A stretch of 64,000 nucleotides of DNA from the NCBI RefSeq assembly GCF_000281045.1, contig NW_008246080.1, forward strand, positions 439,672-503,671, given 5' to 3'. This document shows positions 36,216 to 49,015 of the stretch, piece by piece (positions within the stretch are counted from its first letter, which is position 1; the number at the start of each line of letters is the position of its first letter). Position numbers and translations under genes: made by a program. The notes under the pieces are model-generated. The model did no database searches. It had not been told where the DNA came from and saw nothing but the letters and a program-made list of their open reading frames with translations. This DNA is from Saprolegnia diclina VS20. Lineage: Eukaryota.

Positions 36216-37491
36216 ATGAGCGACGCCAAGATGAACGCCAAGGACCGCCGGAAGCTCAAGCGTGCGCAGGAGCTCGCGGCCAAGGAGGTGACAGCAGTCG
36301 AGGTCATCGTACCCGAGCCCGTGGCCGCGCCTGCTGCGCCGGCGCCTGAGAAGGCCACGCCGGTTGCTGCCAAGGCCAAGAAGGAAGAGCCGGCGGCGGA
36401 CAAGGCCATTGCTGCGCCTTCGGCTGCAAAGGTCAAGAAACCGTCTTCGGCGCCCAAAGAGGAGGAAGAAACGAAGGCCAAGACGGCTAAGGAGCGCAGC
36501 CTGGAGAAGCGTGCGGCGACGCGCGAAGCGCCGACCGAGACAACCGACGAGGCCTCGGGTATGAACGCCAAGGCACGCCGCCTTGCACAGCGTGCGGCCC
36601 AACGTGCGCCTGCGACAGCTGACGGCGAGGCGCCTGCCAAGCCCGAGTCGAAGCCGCGTCCGGCTAAGCGAAAGCTGCCCGAGAAGGAAAACCCGAACGA
36701 GAAGCGCATTCACTTGACGCTCTTCCTTGGCCAGCTTCCGTTCTCGGCGACTGAGGACAAGCTTCGCAAGCACTTTCATGAAGCCGGCGAGCTCAAGGTG
36801 CGCATGGCGACCGACAAGAAGACGGGCAAGTTCAAGGGCACGGCGTTTATTGAGGTCAAGGACAGCAAGGCGCTCGGCGCGGCGCTCTCGCGCCACCACA
36901 GTCTTCTCGACGGCCGCCGCATCAACGTCGAGCTCACAGCCAACGGCGGCGGCAAAAAGTCGGAGCTTCGCACGTCGCGCATCAAGGATCTCCGGGAGAA
37001 GCAGAGCGCCAAGCAGATTGAAAAGGTACTCGACTCCATCGTCCTCGCTCCGAATATGCTACATCGATCGCAGGTCCGCGCGCTCCTCCAAAAGAACGTC
37101 GACAACCCCGAGTGCAAGCTCACGCAGGACGACGTCGACGAACGCATGACGGACTTTCTCTCGTGGTTCGACTACGAGACGGCCAAGGTCGCACTGGAAG
37201 AGTTCAACCGCTGCGTCAACGAGACCGTCATGTACTGTCGCTTTGTTAGCTGCCGTCCAGATCTCATTTCTTATGTTTAGCAACCGCCGTGCCTTCTTTA
37301 TGGGCATCCTCAAGCGCTTCCGCACGACGGACGGTGTCGAAGACCGTCCGGCCAAGAAGCCGCGCACCAACGACAGCAAGCCCGCGTACGGCAACAAGCC
37401 CGGCTTTGGTGGCAAGCCCGGCTTTGGTGGCAAGCCCGGCTTCAAAAAGCCCGCCTTCGGCGCGTCGAAACCGAGCTTTCGTCGCACTTAA
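36216..37491 (+). CDS. RRM RNA-binding protein (nucleolar Nop6/RBM34-like), 3 exons
   Basis: RNP2 LFLGQLPF and RNP1 KGTAFIEV, RRINVELT, a Lys/Ala-rich N-terminus and a C-terminal KPGFGG repeat. Confidence 0.85.
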
Positions 37492-38340
37492 ATATATTGA
37501 TTCGATTTCTTAGCAAGGCGAATATGATTGTGGTCGCGCACGTGGAGCTTGGCACAGAGCAATAGAATCGTGCGCTCGGCCGCTTGGCGCTGCCGCGCCT
37601 CGTCGCGGAGCTCGGCTTGAAGACTCGCGAGCTGACTCGTGACCTTGGCCGTCTCGGCTTGGACCTTGGCCTCCAACCGGTGCTGCAACGAGAGCGTCGA
37701 CTCCATCGAGTACGTGGACGATGCTGGACTAAGCGACGATCGCGAGCAGAAGGATGACGTCGACCGAGATTGCCCCGACGACGACGCTGGCCGTCGCCCG
37801 ACAATGGTCTGCACACGCGGCGTCACATCCGGAATGAGCGTGCCCGTGACGCCGAGCTTCATTCGCTGACCGCGCAGCCGCTTCATCGCGTCTGTCGGCG
37901 GGAGCTCACCGTCGTGCGCTTTCGTTTGGATGTCTTCTTTGGCGACGTGGCAGCGCCACAAGAGGTCCTACGCGATCCGGATACGGTGCGATCGAGGCCG
38001 TGTCTACCTGGTTCCACGGCGTATCGGCGAGCGTGCCCTTGTAAAACTTGGCCTGCTGCGTCGACGAGCCCCACGAGCACATGTCCGACTGCGTCTCTTG
38101 ACAAGCGCCCGATGCGCTATAAATAGCTTGCGGCTCGTGACGTGGCAGCGTATGGGACAAGAGATCGCTAACGATGTTCGATGTGGGCGGTTCGACGGCA
38201 ACGGCAACGCCGAGACGAGGTCGTAGCCTCAACGGCTTGTCGTGCAGAACGCAGGACCCGAGCTGGAAATGGCAAGTGTGATATGGCCGCGATAGGCACT
38301 CGTCGACTGAAGTAATCACATGGGAAAAGACACCGCCCAT
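37488..38340 (-). CDS. Hypothetical protein with C-terminal coiled coil, multi-exon
   Basis: MGGVFS start (possible myristoylation) and a last exon LQHRLEAKVQAETAKVTSQLASLQAEL. Confidence 0.55.
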
Positions 38341-38611
38341 GGATACACCTCGTTGAGCGATGCGAATCTTCATGCTCTGTGAGCAGCCAGCGACACGGAC
38401 AGTTGGAGCAGATATGTTCAAGGCCCGTTGCCGTGGTCGGATTGCAAGCAGTCTTGTGGCCGGCTGTGTTGCCGAGGACCGAGTGCACGGAGGCTTTTGC
38501 TTCTGCTTGGTGCGATACCATATCATGTACGAAAGATGGGTACTAGTAGTGGCAAGGCCAAAAATGTATGGCCTTGGTAGTAGTGTACTATGATATTACG
38601 GCACAACGCAG

Positions 38612-39439
38612 TTAGTTGGTCTTCTTGGCCGACGCCTCCTTGCGGGGCGTCTGGCAGTACGACTGGATAAAGAAGTGCATAAAGAGCCAGAAGAGCGACT
38701 GGATGTACACGAGGTACATGACCGAGACGTTCATGGGCACGCCGTCGCACTTCTTGGAGATGGTCATGTAGGCCTGGACGTTCATCATGACAAACTGGAT
38801 GAGCTGCATCGTCGTGAGGTACTTCTTCCACCAGATCGTCTTGGTGTGCGCCGAGACAAAGTAGTACGTGTACATGATCGTGTGGATGAAGCCGTTGAGG
38901 ATGATCGTGAGGTAGACATCGCCGTCGTAAAGCACGCGGATGTTGAGCCAGTAAAACGAAAAGATCGTCAAGTGGTGGTACACGTGCAAGAACGAGAGCT
39001 GCTTCCACTTCTTGCCGACAATGATGAAGAACGTGTCCATGAAATCGAGGATCTTCGAGACGTAAAAGAGCCACATGACGTTGCCCATGACCGGCTTGGC
39101 CACGTTGCACGCGTTGCACGGCAGGACCGAGTAGTCGTGGCGGTAGGCCTGGATGCCGGCCTCAATGCACATGTACGAGCAGAGCGCAATCTGGATCGGG
39201 TTGTACACAAACTGGAGCGCGCTTGTGTTCATGGCCGGGACACCCGCCTTCATGACGAGCGTGCCGACAATGACAAACGCGAGGTAGCCGAGCGCGATCG
39301 CGGCGGCGGTCGAAAAGTCCGTCATCGCCCAGTCCTTCGAGGGCGAGAGCTCGTAGCGGCCCGACGGGTCGGCCCACTCCAAGATGACCTTCTCCATCGG
39401 GCGCACGGCGGCGTCAAACTGCAACCAAAGGGCTTCCAT
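38612..39439 (-). CDS. ELO/GNS1-family fatty acid elongase (PUFA-elongase type)
   Basis: K..DFMDT, QLSFLHVYHH, HTIMYTYY and TTMQLIQF motifs, with a C-terminal KKTN ER-retrieval motif. Confidence 0.95.
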   Translation of the reverse strand: MEALWLQFDAAVRPMEKVILEWADPSGRYELSPSKDWAMTDFSTAAAIALGYLAFVIVGTLVMKAGVPAMNTSALQFVYNPIQIALCSYMCIEAGIQAYRHDYSVLPCNACNVAKPVMGNVMWLFYVSKILDFMDTFFIIVGKKWKQLSFLHVYHHLTIFSFYWLNIRVLYDGDVYLTIILNGFIHTIMYTYYFVSAHTKTIWWKKYLTTMQLIQFVMMNVQAYMTISKKCDGVPMNVSVMYLVYIQSLFWLFMHFFIQSYCQTPRKEASAKKTN

Positions 39440-41318
39440 CGTCGGCAGTGTCGGGCAAAACCAAGAGTGAGCTCGGGAGACAAATCCTCGGTCATCGTTG
39501 CGTTGGCGTGGCGTCTTTTTATTCAAATAAGTATACAAACATCAAGTTGCGAATGCGCAATGTAATACCGATTTCGCCCAATGGCATCGCACGGATCCGA
39601 CTTTTTAGTGCACATACAAATACCAAGTACACAGATCATATTTTTATGCTACGATCCGACGATGCCATTGGCTGTTGCCGGATCGGTCCGCGATGATGCC
39701 ACGTTCCCCTGACGATTGGGGACCAGAAAATGGGCCAATGAGAGAGCCATCCCGTGGATACCTGCCGTTTGATTGGTTCAAAAGCAGAGATGGGCGATTC
39801 GAATTTTAATAGAGGATATTTTATGATAATCAAACGTTTGTATGGAAGGAGGTGGTTTTCAAAAAAGAGCACTGATGATCTAGTTGAAGTGGGCCGTGAC
39901 GTCATAATTTGCTGCTGGAAGCTCGCGCTTGACATCGAGGCCGTTGCCGCCAGTCATCCGATGGCCTGTCGACTCAACAGGCGCACGCGCCCAAGCAGCC
40001 CTTGACGAAGCACCTGACGTCGTTGTCTCGGATGCAAGCTTGAGGATGGGCAACGTAATCGAACCAACGTACTACTAGTACGTGCATAAAACAGCTCAAC
40101 GTCGTTGGCGTCGCCAGGAAAAGGTATATTGGTGGTCCCAAACGAAACGTGGCGCGACCTGTCAAGGACACTTCTCTTTGATAGGGCTTGCACAATGATC
40201 GGCATGTGGAGAAGCTGCACGTTACGTTGCCGTAGCGTCAACACTCTGAATGGCGCTGTGGCGGCGTGTGACGCCGCTTGGGCTCTTGGGCGTGTGTGGG
40301 GCTTCCGTACCGTGTAAACTACAGTATGACCTCTGGCATGCAGTCGCAAGGCCATATCCACGTCAAACGCCTTCACACAGAAATGGTCTTGTGCCTAGCA
40401 TTGGACATTCTTGGTTGAAGCTCACGAAGATGCTGGGATGACGGGTCAACCGCTGTCGTTATCATAGATCAGTACCAGTCCACTCTATAAGAACAATTGC
40501 AGCACCTCTTTCCACAGGGAGCAATGATTACGGCCATTCCGATCTGCTTGCTTGGAGCATGCGTCCTCGGCTGCGCGTTTGGTTTGTGCTTGGCCGTGAC
40601 GTAAGACTTTCGTGTCTTCGTCATGCGTCTAGAAGAAAGCTTGGCGTAGCGTGCTGCAAGGTTATGTGTCCTACGGCACCAGCGAACACAGCTCTCGCTC
40701 ATTGCATGGTCAGACACAGTAACAGACGAATTCGCTCCTTGCGTGATCGTGTATGTCTTCAGACGCTTGGCGAGCTTGTCAGCAACGCTTGTTTGGTCCC
40801 ATCAAATGCACAGGTAGAACCACCTACTATAAGACACAAACGTCTCCTTGGTAGCGTCAAGACCGACGTCATTCTTCATATTCCTCTGCACCACAACGAA
40901 CTCCTCACGCACCAGCATCGGGAGCGTGCGAGCGCTGCATTCGCGCCACAGGACAAGTCTACCTAGGGCTAGAATAGAGCTTGAGGACGCGGCATTGATT
41001 CTACCGACTGCCTCCAAGTGTACATGGTCCTCACACTAGCAACTAGACTATAACTGTACTATGACCTTGGTAGCACCGCCTGCTCGTATGTCGTGGGCTC
41101 AGCATCCGAAGCTATATATGCTTGTCATCCGAACGGCATGAGAACATCCGTCGAGGTCGAGAGAGTTGCTGCTACTTCTCGTGATACTCGCCAAGTCTCA
41201 CCGCTTGCTTTCCTGTATATTGCGATCTTTAACCGGCGATGCAAAATCTCGCGTGTGATTGGATGGTCCATCCGGATACGAGCGACCTTGATGCTGGAGA
41301 GTTCGCTGGCCCGCGAGA

Positions 41319-44300
41319 ATGAACCCGCAGGACCGCGCGCTGTGGGGCCTCCGGCCCTGCGTGAGCGCGTCCAAGGCCCGGGACATGCTCGCGCTCGAGG
41401 ACTTTGCCAAGCTCTTCCGCAACGAGGTGCTCAACATGGTCAGCGCCTTCCTCGCCGACGTACGCGCCTGCCTGCCATGCCACTGACTCATGGCGTCGTC
41501 CTAGCGCCACTACTCGTTCGCAGGCTTCAAGGGCGCATGGAAGGCGCATGGCCTCTCGCGCATGTACCAGATCGACTTTGCCACGGTCGCGCGCCCCGAG
41601 ATTGTCCACATGATGCTGCGCGAGGCCTTGGGTACATGCAGGCAGCGACAGGCGGCAGAGGTATGATGTACATGTCTAGGTCTCCTCATCGAGTCGATTC
41701 TTGCCTGCCGCCATGGCACACGCGAGCGCCAAGACCAGTACGTCGTCGACGCCTTGCGCCTCAAGGTGCTCGGCCATACGTTCACGCTCTACACGGTCTA
41801 CCACTGCCAAAGCACGCCCATCAAGCAAAAGATCCTCCTCGACATTGGTACGCAGGTTGCTTCGTGGCATCGGTGCTCATGGAGCTTCCGTTAGAGTCGG
41901 CCATGCACATCTCCTTGGCGCAAACCTGGTGCGACGCCTGGGGCGTGCAGTACCCGGACGCAAGCCACGAAGCTCAGACCATGTTGGTGCGCTTGGACCG
42001 CGACCACGCCTTTCTTCGATGCATGCATGGGTACAGCTGGGTGCGCCGCGCGTCGTTCACCGCGCCGCCGCCGGCCGAGCCGGACGAGATCCCCGAGGTC
42101 TTGGCGCCCTTTGAGCCGCTGGAATTTGACTTGGCGCTCAAGCATCTCCACGCAAGCTACCAGGAACACATGAAGCCTTTCCGACCCAAGGTACGTTTGC
42201 ATCTCCTCAACACACAGCGAGAAGACGCTGTGTTTTGTAGCCAGGCGCGCCCTCGGCCCGACTGGCTCGACCGACGATACGCATTCCGACGATGCCGCCC
42301 GCGCCCAAGCAAGACGAGCTCGATGCATTCATGGACAAGTTTGAGCAAGCATTTGAGGAGATGCGCGAGGCGGCTGCTGCGGCCAGTGGGTTGCCCATGT
42401 GCATGGATGGCTGCTGATGTTAACATGTAGATTTGGTGGAAGGCATGAACCTCGAAGCGCTGGCCTTTGGCGATATGCCCGATGCGGACGGCGTAAACGA
42501 GCTCCCCGCGTTTGACGTGCCAGACGACGCGGCATCCGAGGCATCCGAGGCACCCGAGACGAACGCTGACGACGATACGGCTGCCCGCGACGACGAGGTG
42601 GATCATGGTTTCGAGTATGAACCAGAGGACAACGGCATCGACTACGACGCTGATGACAACGGTATCGACCACGACAACGACGACAACGACGACGGCAGTC
42701 GCAGCGCGCAAGATGTTGCCGTAGCGTCCGTGGGCGCACTCCGACGCGAGGCCCTTCAGCAGCTTGAGGCAGAACTCGAGGCCGAGCTCGAAGCCGAGCC
42801 TGAGAGGCAGCCGTTGGCACACGGGACGAACGGTGGTGACGACGACGATGACGACGTTATGGGCATGCTGCTCTCGGACGGGTCCGATTCGGACGTCGAC
42901 CAACACGCGCCGTCGACGCCCGAAGTGGCTGCTCAAGGGCTTGTCGCCATGAGTGGCGGTGGCACGCGAACCACGGATCCTGCGCCGCCGTCGGAACCGA
43001 CACCAGTCAACGCGAGCGTCGTGCCCGAGCAAAGCGCCGCGAGTGCGGTACCGGTGGCCACAGACTTGTCGCTCTCGGACGACAGCGATGCCGCGCCGAC
43101 AACGACTGCCTCAGCGGTGCCTCTTGCCGGTGATGACCGGAGGGCTCCGACCCGACTGGACTTGGACGCGGAGTTGTCCTTGTCGGACGATAGCGACGAG
43201 GCATCGGCGCCGCAAGTCGCCGCTGCCGCTGCGAGTACTCGTCCCCAAACGCCGTCAGCGGACCAAATGCCCAATGGAAGCATCGACTTGGACGCCGAGC
43301 TGTCCTTGTCCGACGACAGTGACGCCGCGCCAGTACCGCAAGTCGCCCCTGCCGCTGCGAGTACTGGCCCAGCGGACCAAAGGCCCAGCAGAAGCATTAA
43401 CTTGGATGCCGAGCTGTCCTTGTCGGACGACAGCGACGTCGCACCGGCGTCGAAAGCTGTTGCTGTGACCCCTACTGGCAGTGACAAGCCGCCTCCGACC
43501 CGACTGGACTTGGACGCCGCATTGTCCTTATCAGAAGATAGTGACGAGGCACCGGCGCCGTTGCCCCTCACAACTGTCGTCACCAAAAATGTCGTGTCAA
43601 GACCGATGGCCGTGATCGATGGACCTATGTCGGGGGTTGCAGTCGCCTCGAGCACAGCGGCATCCGCCTTCAACTTGGACGCCGAGCTGTCGTTGTCGGA
43701 CGACAGCGACGACGCAGACGCGCTTGCAACTCATTCCAAATCAGCAAGCGCCTTACCTCCACCTCTCGGTCGCGAGAACGTTGCGCTCGAGCCCAAAGCG
43801 ACCAACCAATATCGCGTACCGTCGGTGGAGACCGTCAACTTGAGCGCAGAGCTGTCGCTTTCAGATGAGAGCGACGCCGCGCCGACGCCCGAGGCAACGA
43901 CGACAAGAGGGATGGTCGTCAACGCCGCCATGCCTCCAGCGGAACGCGCGAATGCTCCGTCCGCAACGTTTGCCGTGTCCGCCACCGCCGCAGCCAACGT
44001 AGACCTCACCGCGACGCTGTCATCCGGTAGTGACGGTGCTGCAAGAACGAGCACGGGAACCAGCTCGCCACGACAACGCGCGGCTGGCGTGATCGACAGT
44101 CATGCGACCTTGTCACCCTCCGAGAGCGGCGAAGCTCTCGTGTCGCAGCCCAATGCACCCGTCGCGGTCAACCTCGACGCCGCGTTATCTCTCTCTGACG
44201 ACAGCGACGCGGCGCAAGCATCAGCAGAGCCTGTCGAAGAAGTCGTCGCGTCGCAAGAAGCTGTCTCCGCAAACGACGAGCCCGCAATCTCGGTAGCCAG

Positions 44301-47300
44301 CCCCAACACCGTCGTTGAGGCAGCAGCGCCTAGCTCAGTGGTCCCTGGCAGTGAAACTATGGATGCGACCGCGTCCGTCTCAATAAGCAACGCGGATCGA
44401 TCGCAACCGAGCGTCTCGAGCACCCCACGACAAGGCCTCGCGACGTCTGGTTCACCGGCGCGAGCGGACAACAACGAGAGAGCGTCGACGCCGACGCGCC
44501 GACCAAAGTCGACACCGGTACCGGCGCGGTCGTACATTGCTGTCGACGCAGTCGACTCATTGCCGGCGTCTTCATCATCATCATCGTCGCCATCGTCGTC
44601 GTCGTCGTCGAGCTCCTCGGACTCGGACGACATGCTGGTAGCGGATCTCGAGCTCGGCGTCGTAGAGGCCAACGACATGGCACCCATCATTGAGTTGCAT
44701 GCAGCGGCGGCTTTGGATTCGGTCGAAGCGCAAGCAGATGCTACTGGCCACGGTACGCCGGCCCCGCACGACGACGAAATCGCGTGCGGAAGCTCCGAGG
44801 GGAGTGCCGACATCTCGCTCTCGGACGACGACTCAGAGTTTTCCGACGATGGCTACGAGAGCGACCGCCGCCCGATCGAGCACGAGTACGCACCGGACGT
44901 TGCGCTGGTGGACGCCCCGATGAACTACTACTCGTCCAGCACCGCCACCGAGTACTCGGACATTGAGGTGGCTGAAGTACCCGCCTTTGCACCACACGCC
45001 TCGTTCGAGCTACCGTCGCGGCTCGTCGTTGAGGACGTGCGGCCGGTCGTTGAGAACGTGCAGCCGGTCGTTGAGGACGTACAGTCGGTCGTTGAACAAG
45101 TGCCACCGGTCGTTGAACAAGTGCCGCCGGTGGAGCGCGCGGATGTAGCCCCGCCGATGTTTGTTCCGTACAGCGGCGTCGATCACACGGGCGCTCGCAT
45201 CCCCGGGACACTGCCATCATCGTCGTCGGAAGCAGACGAAGAGGATGAAGAGGATGAGAATGATGAATACGACTTTGGCGGCGGTTTGTCGGGTGATGAC
45301 GGACCCAACGGTGCGGATCCGGTGCCCGACGTCGGCGTCGAAGAAGTGGCGGCCGTGTCAACGGTACCCGCAGACACCGCCGATGTCGCCGCGGCAAGCC
45401 ACTCGCCGCTTCGCCCGCTTGACGTTGCAGCGGTGACGACCGCAACGCCGTCGACGCAGGTGCCCGAAGCAAGTCCGCTGCCAGAGCTCGAGTTTGTGAT
45501 CCAAGTGCCGGCGCTCCCACGGTTGGCCCATCTTGCATCGCCAGTGATTGGCTACGGCGATGCGAGCGGTCATCCGCGCGACGGCTCGGACAGCAGTAGC
45601 AGTGACGACGACAGCAGCAGCGACGACAGCAGCTCGAGCTCTTCATCGGCAGTGTCCGTGGCGTCTCGGCGGTCACACACAAGCAGTACTGTCCACGCAA
45701 GAACACTGTCGGAGCCCCAAGCACCGTCCCGGCCACCGACAACCATGGCAGCATCTCGGGGTGTCGCACCGATGCATTCCAAGACTGCTCCATCGTCGGC
45801 CGTCAACTTGAACGCAGACCTGTCGCTGTCTGACGACTCGGACGACGATTTCGCTGCCGAGCTTGAGCAAGAGACACTACCCGTGGCATCGCCAGAGCGA
45901 CAGCAAGGGGCCGCCGGTAAGAAGGCAGTTGCGCCGTCGACGAAGCGTGTTATTGAACCTCCGCGCCGATTAGCAAGCGTGGCCAAGGCAGCGACAAGCG
46001 CATCACGTCTCAACTTGGACGCCGCTCTCTCCTTATCCGACGACTCAGATGCGGACTTTGCCGCCGAGCTGGAGGCCGAGACCGCCGCAAAGTCGCCAGT
46101 GACGACCCCGCGGCGTGTGCCAGCAACCGCAGCAGCCTCGTCATCTACATTCAACTTGGACGCGGAGCTCTCGCTCTCCGACGACTCAGACTTTGCCGCG
46201 TCTCTTGAGCGTGGCAACGTCAAGAAGACACCAGTGGCGACCGCACCGTCAGCTTTGAATTTGGAGGCCGAACTCTCGCTGTCTGACGACTCGGGCGATG
46301 CGCACAAAGCGCCACCGGCAGGCGCCAACGTGGCGTCCGGCGCTGTTGAGAGCAGCGACTCGGATGCGTCGTTTCTCGCCGAGCTGCATCGAGACAGTCC
46401 GCCGCCGCCGCCAGCCAAGCGAGGTCGTGGCCGCCCGCGAAAGCAGCCTGTAGCTTCGATGGGTACTCCCGTGCGCAAGCGGCCGAGCCCAAGTACCGAG
46501 AAGCCCAAGCGCGGAAGAAAGCCGGGGAAAGCAAAGTCGCCTCCACGCTCTGCGCCAAGCAAAGTAGCCCTCGATGAGGAACTGGCTCGGGAGCTCATGG
46601 CAACAACACCACGTATCCAAACGGCCGCGTTGGCAGATACGCTGTCGGAGCTCGAGGACGAACTCGAGAGGGAGCTCATGGCGCTGCCACCGCCATTGGT
46701 TGCGCCACCGAAGGAGCGCCTGCGTGCACCACCCGTGGTCGACCGCCGCAGCACACCCGTCGCCCGCGTAGCGTCGACGGCAATGGAGGACCGATTTGCA
46801 CCTGTCAAGACTACGCCGTGGAAGGTCTCGGGCGCGGCCCGGCCACCGCGACTCGGTACTGCGGCCCCTCCACCGTCGACGTCGCCCGGACCCGTGCAAC
46901 CTCCTGTCGCATTGGCGCCTCCACCGTCGACAGCGCCAGTAGGACCGGCTATCGCGTCGACGCCAACGCTGTCGACCCCTCGCCCGGAGGCAACGTCGAT
47001 CGCGTCGACGGGCGTTCCTCGAGCTCCGGTGCAAGTGCAACTGGCTGCCACGGTACCGCGTCCTGTGCCGGTGGATATGTCGCAGCAGCACGTCAGTCAA
47101 CCACCGAGTCCTACCGCCGCCCGATTGCCGCCTAGCCAACGACAGTTGCCGGCTGTGCCTACACCGTCCGTGTCTCTACCTTCACAGTCCGTGCCTCGAC
47201 CGGGACCGCCTCGACTCGGACCATCGCAACCTCTGCCAGGCCCACCTCGACTAGGACCTTCGAAAGCGCTTCCGGGACCTCCTCGACTGGGTGGCGTGGG

Positions 47301-48891
47301 TCCGCCACAAGCCGCTGCTTCGCGACCGGTGCCCGCCCCTCGAGCACCCGCGCCAGTGGTATCTCGACCGACAAATCCATCCGTCGATCGCGGCTCGATT
47401 ACAAAGGCTGTCGTGCAACCGACGTCGCAGCGCGCACCGTCGGAACCGGCGACTGCGCCGGTCGTGCGACAGCCACCAGCGTCGTCAACTGTCCGACCAA
47501 CGTCAGTGCCACGACGCCCGGCGGCATCGGCGCCACCTGTGACGACTGTCCCGTCGTTTGTGCAAGCCATCAAGAAGATGGGTGCAACGGCTCGACCGGT
47601 GGCCGCCACGGCTACCGAGGATACGTCCGATTCGGATGGTCTTGATGCACTTGAAGCCGAGCTTGGCGTCACAAAAGCTGCGCCCGTGAAACGAAAAGCA
47701 CCGACGCCGGCACCGACGCGCGTCGTCAAGCCACGACCAACGCCAGCATTGACGCGGACAGCTCCTGCTGCAACACCTCGGACTGTTGTCGCTGCAACGT
47801 TGCCACAGCGCGTCGACGGCAGTGACGACGATTCCGACGGTTTGGGTGCTCTCGAAGCGGAGCTTGGATTGAAGCGGTCGACGCCGGTGCTGCCTCCGCC
47901 CAAGGCCCGAGCAGCACCAAAGGCCCGAGCCGCACCAAAGGCTCAAGCAGCGCCAAAGATCCGAGCAGCGCCAAAAGAACCCAAGCCTCGAAAGGCGCCG
48001 GTACGCAAGGCCCCCGAGCAGCGCAAGCCACGTGTGCCGGTTCAGGCCGTCGTCTCAGAGGACTCGGATGGACTTGACGCGCTAGAAGCGGAGCTTGGCC
48101 TTTCGTCCGCCGCTGCAAAACCAGCTCGCAGCGTCAAGAGTGCACCGCGACAAGCGCCAGCGCCTCGAACGCCGGTCGTGGTGCAGCCGATGACGGTCGC
48201 ATCCGACTCGGATGGTCTTGGCGACCTTGAAGCCGAGCTCGGGATTGCTCCAACGGTAGTAGTCGTGCAGAAGAAGCGCGGTCGACCTCCAAAGGCCAAG
48301 TCGTTGGGCGCCAGTAGCAGTGCCGACGTCAGTGCGCCAAAGAAGCGAGGACGTCCGCCAAAGCCAAACCCTCTTACGACACCGATGACGGTCGGAACGA
48401 CACCGCCTGCCGTCCCGCAGCCCAAGAAGCGCCTGCCCAATGCCAACACAGCACCGGCGCCTGCAGCGCGAGCTGATGTCTCGGACTCGGACGACGATGG
48501 TCTGGATGCGCTGGAAGCTGAGCTCGGTCTCCCGTTTGCGCCCCAAGGTCGACCAGCGACGACGGCAACTCCGACTGCCCGAGCCCCAACGAAGCGCCCA
48601 CTCAAGACCACGTTGTCGTCACTGCCTTTGCACGAAAATGACAAAGGGCTTGCGGCTCTCCAAGGCGAGCTTGGGACGCCATCTCGGAAGCGAAAGCTAC
48701 CGACACCAGCACCTGCGCGACGGGTGAAACCAAAGGCAGCTACGAGCCGGGTCGCCAAGACGCCAGCGTTAGCCAAGACGTCAGTTCCGGCACTTAGGAC
48801 ACCAGCGCCAGGACCCAATGCGCCAGCTCCAACAGCAGTCGACTCGGACGACAGTGGTCTCGATGCCCTCGACGCCGAGCTCAATTTGTAG
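41319..48891 (+). CDS. Giant protein: N-terminal SNAPC1/SNAP43-like domain plus a ~2150-aa disordered tail with repeated acidic motifs and AT-hooks. Exons 41319-41459, 41505-41631, 41680-41847, 41895-42190, 42241-42385, 42431-48891
   Basis: Five GT-AG introns of 45-50 nt keep the frame. The spliced N-terminus reads FAGFKGAWK...RLKVLGHTFTLYTVYHCQSTPIKQKI...EAQTMLVRLDRDHAF, which matches the SNAPC1 pattern as recalled. Confidence 0.75.
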
Positions 48892-48943
48892 TTTTAGCAC
48901 ATGATGACACAACACAATTTTGCGATCTTCCGAGGCGCGCACC

Positions 48944-48956
48944 GATTGGCTGAAAT
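48944..48956. promoter_or_regulatory. CCAAT-box-like motif (gattggctgaaat) upstream of the TPR-PH gene
   Basis: Resembles the extended oomycete CCAAT box. A second ctgattggct follows at ~48975, and similar motifs precede the genes at 36216 and 57068. Confidence 0.5.
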
Positions 48957-49015
48957 ACTGTCTAATACGTGTCGCTGATTGGCTACCTTGAACATCGCTT
49001 TTGCAACAGGCGACG

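Noticed and set aside
39780..41250. Possible multi-exon gene between the elongase and the SNAPC1-like gene
   Set aside because: Splice-like signals exist, but no consistent frame or recognisable domain could be assembled by eye.
45025..47980. Short tandem repeats (21-nt VE.V.PV, 36-nt PGPPRLG, 18-nt PKARAA units) and the dispersed acidic motifs as a CRISPR-like array
   Set aside because: All are in-frame coding repeats with synonymous variation inside a eukaryotic exon. Spacing is irregular and there are no cas genes.
42157..48884. Many long antisense or alternate-frame ORFs over the giant exon (and over other GC-rich genes)
   Set aside because: Shadow ORFs expected from GC-rich codon usage; they show no motifs.
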